Positions 47,280 through 52,528 of a DNA stretch of 52,528 nucleotides are shown here, in pieces. The DNA comes from a candidate division WS2 bacterium ADurb.Bin280 (lineage in GTDB: Bacteria; Patescibacteriota; UBA1384; DTJR01). Numbering within the stretch: the stretch's first letter is position 1; each line of letters starts with the position of its first letter. The stretch covers positions 1-52,528 of the forward strand of contig MWBO01000006.1 of assembly GCA_002071685.1 (NCBI GenBank). Reading direction: 5' to 3'. A program made the translations under genes and the position numbers. The notes below the pieces were generated by a model, which searched no databases, had not been told where the DNA came from, and worked only from the letters and a program-made list of their open reading frames with translations.

Positions 47280-47459
47280 CTAAGAGAGTTTTTCTAGTGC
47301 CTGATAGACAATCATAGCCGGCCAAACAATCGCCTTTAGAATGCCCAAAACTCCAATCCAGAAGCTTTCGGCATTGGCGATGTAATAAACAAGCGCTCCC
47401 ACGAAGCCGAGACCGTAAACTGCACTCGACGATTGTTCTCCACGAATATTGCACTTCAT
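47280..47459 (-). CDS. 59-aa small membrane protein (not in the ORF track)
   Basis: MKCNIRGEQSSSAVYGLGFVGALVYYIANAESFWIGVLGILKAIVWPAMIVYQALEKLS. ATGA overlap with the upstream gene. Confidence 0.55.
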   Translation of the reverse strand: MKCNIRGEQSSSAVYGLGFVGALVYYIANAESFWIGVLGILKAIVWPAMIVYQALEKLS

Positions 47460-47878
47460 ACTTCACTCCCTCTTTTATTTTTTGAAAATATTGTTGCGAT
47501 TAATTCCACGACTGTTGCAATTGAGGTACCGAAAACAGCAAGCAAGATGATAATTCTGGCTATGATTTCCCAGTTCCCGCTGTAAGCCGTGAAATCGAAA
47601 GGAAAGATATAATACAGGGAGATGAGGACTATCAAGGAAACCACACTAGTGAGCGTCTTTAGAATGTGACGGATTCTTATTTCGGGAATAATAATCAAGA
47701 TAATATTTACCATTATCGTGATGGAAAATGAAATGTAGAAGAGAGGCAAAACAGCAAAAAACGAATCACTGATGAAACTAAACCACTGCACCAATCTACT
47801 GAAAATTGATATCAAGATAATATTTACAAGTATTTCGATAATGTAGTCACCCGTTCTGTTTCTATTTTTTAGGCTCAT
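47456..47878 (-). CDS. integral membrane protein (4 TM) downstream of the SPFH gene
   Basis: Hydrophobic profile. 4-nt overlap with the SPFH gene. Confidence 0.65.
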   Translation of the reverse strand: MSLKNRNRTGDYIIEILVNIILISIFSRLVQWFSFISDSFFAVLPLFYISFSITIMVNIILIIIPEIRIRHILKTLTSVVSLIVLISLYYIFPFDFTAYSGNWEIIARIIILLAVFGTSIATVVELIATIFSKNKRGSEV

Positions 47879-48615
47879 TTGGTTTTTTTGATATCCTCGA
47901 ACGCTCTTAAAACTTCAAGGGGTATGGCGAAGATAACGGTGTTTGATTGATCCGAAGAAAGATCGTTCAATGTGTTGAGGGTTCTTAGGTGAAGTGCTCC
48001 CGATGATTCGGAAAGGGTCTTGGCAGCTTTTGCCAAGTTGCTTGAAGCGATCACCTCTCCCTCAGCTTTGGTAATGACTGCTCTTTTTTCTCTTTCTGCT
48101 TCGGCTTGTCTGGCAATTACTCTTTTCATGTCCTCGGGTAAAGAAACGTCTTTGAGATCGACATTTTGAACCTTTATCCCCCAAGGATCGGTCAATTGAT
48201 CGACAATTTTTCTGATTTGCTCCGATACTTTGTCTCGCTCGGAAAGTAAAGTGTCGAGATCTACCGAACCGACTATGTTTCTCATTGTTGTTTGAGCGAG
48301 TTGGGAAATGGCGTAAAAAAAGTTCTCCACTTCAAGAACCGCCTTGCTGACATCATCCACTTTGTAGTAAATAACTGCGTTTATTCCGACGGAAATGTTG
48401 TCTTTTGTGATCGCTTCTTGATTTGGCACGTCAACAGCTTTGACTCTGATATCGACTTTTGTCATCGATTCAAAAATGGGCAACACCAAACACCATCCCG
48501 GGGATTTTATGGACTCAAACTTGCCGATTCTGAACTTTACACCTCTTTCGTACTGATTGACCTGTCTAATGCTGGCAATTATTATTACGACGATCGCTAT
48601 CAGAAGATAGTACAT
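47875..48615 (-). CDS. SPFH/band-7 (stomatin/prohibitin-like) protein
   Basis: N-terminal TM, YERGVKFRIGKF, and a coiled A/E-rich segment (RQAEAEREKRA). Confidence 0.9.
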   Translation of the reverse strand: MYYLLIAIVVIIIASIRQVNQYERGVKFRIGKFESIKSPGWCLVLPIFESMTKVDIRVKAVDVPNQEAITKDNISVGINAVIYYKVDDVSKAVLEVENFFYAISQLAQTTMRNIVGSVDLDTLLSERDKVSEQIRKIVDQLTDPWGIKVQNVDLKDVSLPEDMKRVIARQAEAEREKRAVITKAEGEVIASSNLAKAAKTLSESSGALHLRTLNTLNDLSSDQSNTVIFAIPLEVLRAFEDIKKTK

Positions 48616-48703
48616 ATGAACCTTTCGTATTTTGCTTACATTCTATCATTTATTTAGCGAAAAATCAAAGGTAAATTTGATAATAGTGCAGATTTTTTAA
48701 GGT

Positions 48704-48741
48704 AATAAACGGCTCATTTGGGTGAGCCGTTTATTTTTTTC
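48704..48741. terminator. bidirectional hairpin terminator (copy 2 of the reused element)
   Basis: AATAAACGGCTCA-tttggg-TGAGCCGTTTATT plus T-run. The arms are the same as at 6821-6852. Confidence 0.7.
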
Positions 48742-49462
48742 CGGTTTTTAGCTTCCTTGTTGTTTCGCGATAGGCGATCGATGGAATTTTCTCTTTGTTT
48801 GCCAAAAGATAGCTTTCAACTTCAAAGCGATAATGGGTTGTTAAACTTCTTAAAAGCCACGAGACTGCCTTTGTAATTAGAATGTGATTCTCTTTTTTAA
48901 GTCGATCGATAGTTTCAAAAGAGAGGTTTTCTAATCGTCGATTTTTGATTTGTCGAGTGGGTTTGACTTGTAATACAAGGCTGGCTCTTCTTAACTGAAT
49001 ATTTTTTGAAATAGAGAAATCCTCGACAGTCTTTTTAAATTCTTCAAATCTTTCGATCGCTTCATTTCCTTCAAAGAGTGATTGGCACAAACTATCGCAT
49101 TCCGCCCATCCCGTCGTCTTCTCAAGCCACTCTTCAAGCTTGTGCATGTCGATGTTTTGTCTGGCACTTTTTGAAAAGGAAATAAATTTTCCAGCGAAGT
49201 TTAGAAAGTCGAAGGTGTCTGATTTGATTAAAATATCCAAAACATCGAGTAGCTCCTTGCCCTCTAAGGAATTAAGCTGTTTCTTGTATTTTCTTAAAAC
49301 TTTATCGCGTGAAGGAGATTTTATGTTTAGAAAATTTCTTTTTGTGCCGAGATATTTTTTTACAAATTCTTGGCGATCCTCGCTAATTTTTTGGGAAAAA
49401 TTTTGCAAGTCAGACTTGATGGAGTGGGCGATCGCGCTTGGTTTGTTTGACTGTTTTGTCAT
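48731..49462 (-). CDS. DNA alkylation repair (AlkD-like HEAT repeat) family protein, tentative
   Basis: Helical-repeat pattern and ...KAVSWLLRSL... resemble the DNA_alkylation family. Recognised by eye only. Confidence 0.45.
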   Translation of the reverse strand: MTKQSNKPSAIAHSIKSDLQNFSQKISEDRQEFVKKYLGTKRNFLNIKSPSRDKVLRKYKKQLNSLEGKELLDVLDILIKSDTFDFLNFAGKFISFSKSARQNIDMHKLEEWLEKTTGWAECDSLCQSLFEGNEAIERFEEFKKTVEDFSISKNIQLRRASLVLQVKPTRQIKNRRLENLSFETIDRLKKENHILITKAVSWLLRSLTTHYRFEVESYLLANKEKIPSIAYRETTRKLKTGKK

Positions 49463-49830
49463 TCTCCTTGATATGAAGTCAGGCGAGCAATTATTTTGAA
49501 TTTTCTTTGCTTTCCATCGTGACCGATAATTTCGTCGGTTTTGTTTTTCTGATAGTAATCGGAGAGCTCAACGGATAAAATCTCTTTGAGAGTACTGATC
49601 TCTTCGTTGTTTGCCTTGATATCCATCACAATCTTTTCGCACTCGCTTTTCGACATGACCAGCTCTTTTTCTCTTCGTTTTTTTGTTTGCGCCTCTTTGG
49701 CTTCCTGAGCCGCTTTTTGATATTGCTCGCTATTTTCTAGTTCGCTTTTTAGCAGATCCTTTGATACCTTATTCTCGCTTTCAAGATCTTCTATCATTTT
49801 GATTCTGTTTTGGATGGTTGATAATTCCAT
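49459..49830 (-). CDS. coiled-coil hypothetical protein
   Basis: K/E-rich heptad-like sequence. 4-nt overlap with the next gene. Confidence 0.55.
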   Translation of the reverse strand: MELSTIQNRIKMIEDLESENKVSKDLLKSELENSEQYQKAAQEAKEAQTKKRREKELVMSKSECEKIVMDIKANNEEISTLKEILSVELSDYYQKNKTDEIIGHDGKQRKFKIIARLTSYQGE

Positions 49831-49852
49831 TTTTTAACCCCGCCTTTATTTT

Positions 49853-49926
49853 TGGCTCGAGGACTAGGATTCGAACCTAGATTCACGGCTTCAAAGGCCG
49901 CTGTCCTGCCATTAGACGATCCTCGA
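49853..49926 (-). tRNA. tRNA-Gln (anticodon UUG), CCA encoded
   Basis: Hand-folded cloverleaf. Acceptor TCGAGGA/TCCTCGA (U1-A72), G73, D arm GTCT/GGAC, anticodon loop CTTTGAA, T arm CTAGG-TTCGAAT-CCTAG. 74 nt. Confidence 0.9.
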
Positions 49927-49996
49927 ATAACAAAATTTAAAAACTAACATTTAGTCACGTACCCCACTTTACCCTATCTGTGTTTTTTTCTCAATA

Positions 49997-51181
49997 TTAC
50001 GACGAGCAAGAAGGTCTAGTCACGCCATCTTTGATAGCTGCTTTTGCGACTGCTTTGGAGATTTTTTTGACTACACTTTTGTCGAGTGGGCTCGGTAATA
50101 TATTTTCTGCAGATGGGTTTTTTATTGTCAAAGAAAGTTCGTTGGCTGCGGCGATTTTCATATTTTTGGTAATTTTTGTGGCAGCTGCATCAAGAGCGCC
50201 TCTGAAAATTGCCGGAAAGGCCAAAACGTTATTCACTTGATTTGGAAAGTCTGATCTTCCGGTTGCCACTATTGCGGCTCCGGCTTTTTTCGCTACAAGG
50301 GGATCTATTTCGGGCGTTGGATTTGCCATAGCAAAAACAATCGGGTTTTTTGCCATCTTTTTAATCATTTGGCTGCTCAAAATATTGGGGGCGCTCAATC
50401 CGATAAAGACATCTGCGCCGATAATTGCTTTTTGCAGATTCCCCGTCGTTTTGACAGCATTTACGTCTTGGCAGATTTGTTTTTGGTATTTGTTTAAATT
50501 TGTTCTTGAACAAACTAGTCCGTCTATATCAATCAGTCGCATTTGGCATTTTCCGTTTGCGTAATCGCTGATCATTCTCGCTGTTGCAGTTCCTGCCGCC
50601 CCTAGGCCGTTGACGACAATTGTTGTATTTTCAATTTTTTTTCCGACAACTTTGAGAGCGTTTATTAGTCCGGCCAAGACCACTACGGCAGTCCCGTGTT
50701 GGTCGTCGTGCATTACCGGAATTCCGACGTCCTGCAACTTCTCTTCTATTTCAAAGCATCTCGGAGCCGATATGTCTTCAAGATTAATTGCACCAAAAGA
50801 GGGCGCAAGAGCTTTGATTATTAATATAAGCTCGTCTGTGTTTTGGCTGTCAAGGCAAATGGGAAACGCATCAATATCAGCGAATTGTTTGAAAAGAAGA
50901 GCTTTTCCCGCCATTACTGGATGGGCTGCCAAAGGGCCGATGTTTCCCAGCCCCAAAACAGCCGATCCATCGCTAATAACGGCGACAGAATTTTTTCTGA
51001 TGGTGTATTCGAAGGATAGACAGTTTTTTTTGTGAATTGCCTGAGAAACCGCTGCAATTCCCGGTGTATAAAAAACGGACAAATCCTTGGCGGTTTTAAT
51101 ATTAACCTTGGAAAAGACGCCGATTTTTCCCTTCAAATTTTTGTGAAATTCAATTGATAGTTTGCCGAAGTCCTCGCTCAT
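49997..51181 (-). CDS. NAD(P)-dependent malic enzyme (short form)
   Basis: DDQHGTAVV and GLGAAG motifs. About 390 aa. Confidence 0.9.
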   Translation of the reverse strand: MSEDFGKLSIEFHKNLKGKIGVFSKVNIKTAKDLSVFYTPGIAAVSQAIHKKNCLSFEYTIRKNSVAVISDGSAVLGLGNIGPLAAHPVMAGKALLFKQFADIDAFPICLDSQNTDELILIIKALAPSFGAINLEDISAPRCFEIEEKLQDVGIPVMHDDQHGTAVVVLAGLINALKVVGKKIENTTIVVNGLGAAGTATARMISDYANGKCQMRLIDIDGLVCSRTNLNKYQKQICQDVNAVKTTGNLQKAIIGADVFIGLSAPNILSSQMIKKMAKNPIVFAMANPTPEIDPLVAKKAGAAIVATGRSDFPNQVNNVLAFPAIFRGALDAAATKITKNMKIAAANELSLTIKNPSAENILPSPLDKSVVKKISKAVAKAAIKDGVTRPSCSS

Positions 51182-52528
51182 TTGGAGCTCCCCGCTGCTT
51201 TGGCAAAAGACGAAAAAAGAGGATGGGGGCGCAAAAACCTAGTTTTAAATTCGGGGTGAAATTGGACACCGACGAAGAAAGGGTGATTTTTGATTTCGAT
51301 TATTTCAACTAAATTCTGCTGGGGATTTAAACCGGCGACAACCAAGCCGAGTTTTTCCAGATCTTTACGATATTTATTATTGAATTCGTAACGGTGGCGA
51401 TGTCTTTCGCTGATATTTTGCTTGCCATAGGCCTTGCGGCTAATTGTGCCCTCTTTGAGCTGGCAATCATAAGAGCCAAGACGCATAGTGTTGCCGTAAT
51501 TTTTATCTTTCAATTTGTCTTTTTGATCTTCCATCAAGTGTATGACGGGATGAGGAGTCTTGGGATCAATTTCTTGCGTGTTGGCTTTTTCCAAACCGGC
51601 GACATTTCTGGCAAATTCAATGGTTGCTATCTGCATTCCGTAGCAGAGCCCCAAATACGGAATGTTATTTTCTCGAGCAAATTTGGCCGCGAGAATAATT
51701 CCCTCGATTCCTCTTGAACCAAAGCCGCCCGGTACAATTATACCGCCAAACTCGCTTAAACAGTTGATCGATTTTGGATCTTTCTCAAAGTTTTCAGCAT
51801 TAACCCAACTGAATTTAACCTTTAAACCTTGATGAAAGAAAGCGATTTTGACAGATTCGATAACGCTAATATAGGAATCCGAGAGAGTGAAGTTTCCGGT
51901 GCCAAAATATTTTCCCACAACGGCAATTTTTATTTCTTTTGTGGCAGATTTGACATTTTTTACTATTTTTTTCCAGTCGTCGAGCTTAGAGGGTCGGGAT
52001 TTAAGTTTCAGTTTTTTTAATATTTTGTTGCCAAAGTTTTGTTTTTCAAAAAGAAGCGGAACTTCATATATCGAGTCAACATCGGGAGAAGAGATGGCGT
52101 TTTCTTTTTCTATCATACAGAAGGTCGCTAATTTTTCTTTTCTGGGTTCGTCGATTTCTTTTTCGCCACGACAGACTATGAAATCAGCTTGGATGCCTGC
52201 GTTATTTAGCGTTCTTGCAGCGTATTGGGTCGGCTTTGTTTTCATTTCGCCGACTTTTCCGGGAATGGGGAGGTACGAAACTAGAACAAAAGCCACGTCA
52301 TCGTTCTTTTGCATTTTCATCATCCTTGCGGCTTCAAGAAATAGAATATTTTGATATTCACCGACTGTGCCTCCTATTTCCACCAATGTTATATCGGCTT
52401 TGGCTTTTTCGCTCGCATTTTCGATTCGAGAAATGATCTCTTGGGGAATGTGGGGGACGACTTCGACGCACTTGCCCTTATATTCTAAATTTCTCTCTCT
52501 GCTTATGACGCTTTGATAAACTCTTCCC
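51178..52528 (-). CDS. pyrG: CTP synthase (5' end lies outside the window)
   Basis: The frame stays open upstream of the track's Met to the window edge. GATase GLCYGMQ motif and C-terminal HPEF. Confidence 0.93.
   Translation of the reverse strand, partial: GRVYQSVISRERNLEYKGKCVEVVPHIPQEIISRIENASEKAKADITLVEIGGTVGEYQNILFLEAARMMKMQKNDDVAFVLVSYLPIPGKVGEMKTKPTQYAARTLNNAGIQADFIVCRGEKEIDEPRKEKLATFCMIEKENAISSPDVDSIYEVPLLFEKQNFGNKILKKLKLKSRPSKLDDWKKIVKNVKSATKEIKIAVVGKYFGTGNFTLSDSYISVIESVKIAFFHQGLKVKFSWVNAENFEKDPKSINCLSEFGGIIVPGGFGSRGIEGIILAAKFARENNIPYLGLCYGMQIATIEFARNVAGLEKANTQEIDPKTPHPVIHLMEDQKDKLKDKNYGNTMRLGSYDCQLKEGTISRKAYGKQNISERHRHRYEFNNKYRKDLEKLGLVVAGLNPQQNLVEIIEIKNHPFFVGVQFHPEFKTRFLRPHPLFSSFAKAAGSSK

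Overview
The window looks like a chromosomal segment from a small-genome, AT-rich bacterium of the CPR/Patescibacteria type. That placement is an inference from several traits: ThrRS without a TGS domain, a MiaB-like enzyme without TRAM, and a short IF-2. S16, L25 and the KH protein carry charged tails. There is also a DUF4012 protein, a GIY-YIG mini-ORF and giant LamG/Fn3 surface proteins. The standard code (11) fits, because all housekeeping ORFs are intact and TGA, TAA and TAG all serve as stops.

I can support about 55 protein genes, mostly on the minus strand.
- Housekeeping: tmk (partial), thrS, miaB-like, rplY, trmD, KH protein, rpsP, fmt, def, priA-like, obg, infB, gyrA, gyrB, rnhB, dinB, tRNA-Gln(UUG), malic enzyme, pyrG (partial).
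- Polysaccharide block: DUF4012, Wzz-like, GT4, WbaP-like.
- Others: several secreted or membrane proteins, an ABC-2 exporter and an SPFH operon.

Non-routine content, in order of interest:
1. An IntI/Xer-like tyrosine recombinase is divergent from a very AT-rich R-M pair and an ASCH gene. These modules are delimited by a family of GC-rich, strongly foldable repeats with ATAAC / TTATRTGAAAT ends and compensatory base changes. The layout resembles an integron or IMEX.
2. Three GC-rich micro-islands sit in the AT-rich backbone. Each carries its own GGAGG RBS and GC-hairpin terminator. They encode a small membrane peptide, an unknown 160-aa protein plus an orphan Flp pilin, and an unknown 179-aa protein.
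3. A T-box-like leader with an ACC specifier candidate lies upstream of GIY-YIG-thrS.
4. A 670-bp intergenic region holds duplicated AT blocks, CCAGANN heptad arrays and two long hairpins.
5. A decayed HExxH/CarboxypepD_reg gene has an in-frame TAA, an in-frame TAG and an A8-to-A7 frameshift. The ASCH gene has the same kind of A8-to-A7 lesion.
6. Smaller items: a 52-aa peptide that is about three-quarters Asp/Glu, an apparently ATPase-dead PriA, a leaderless dinB operon with a GTTC-N7-GTTC repeat in its promoter spacer, and a reused terminator element that supplies stop codons.

No CRISPR array, rRNA or obvious transposase was seen. All homology statements come from reading the sequence by eye. 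Nothing was searched or computed.
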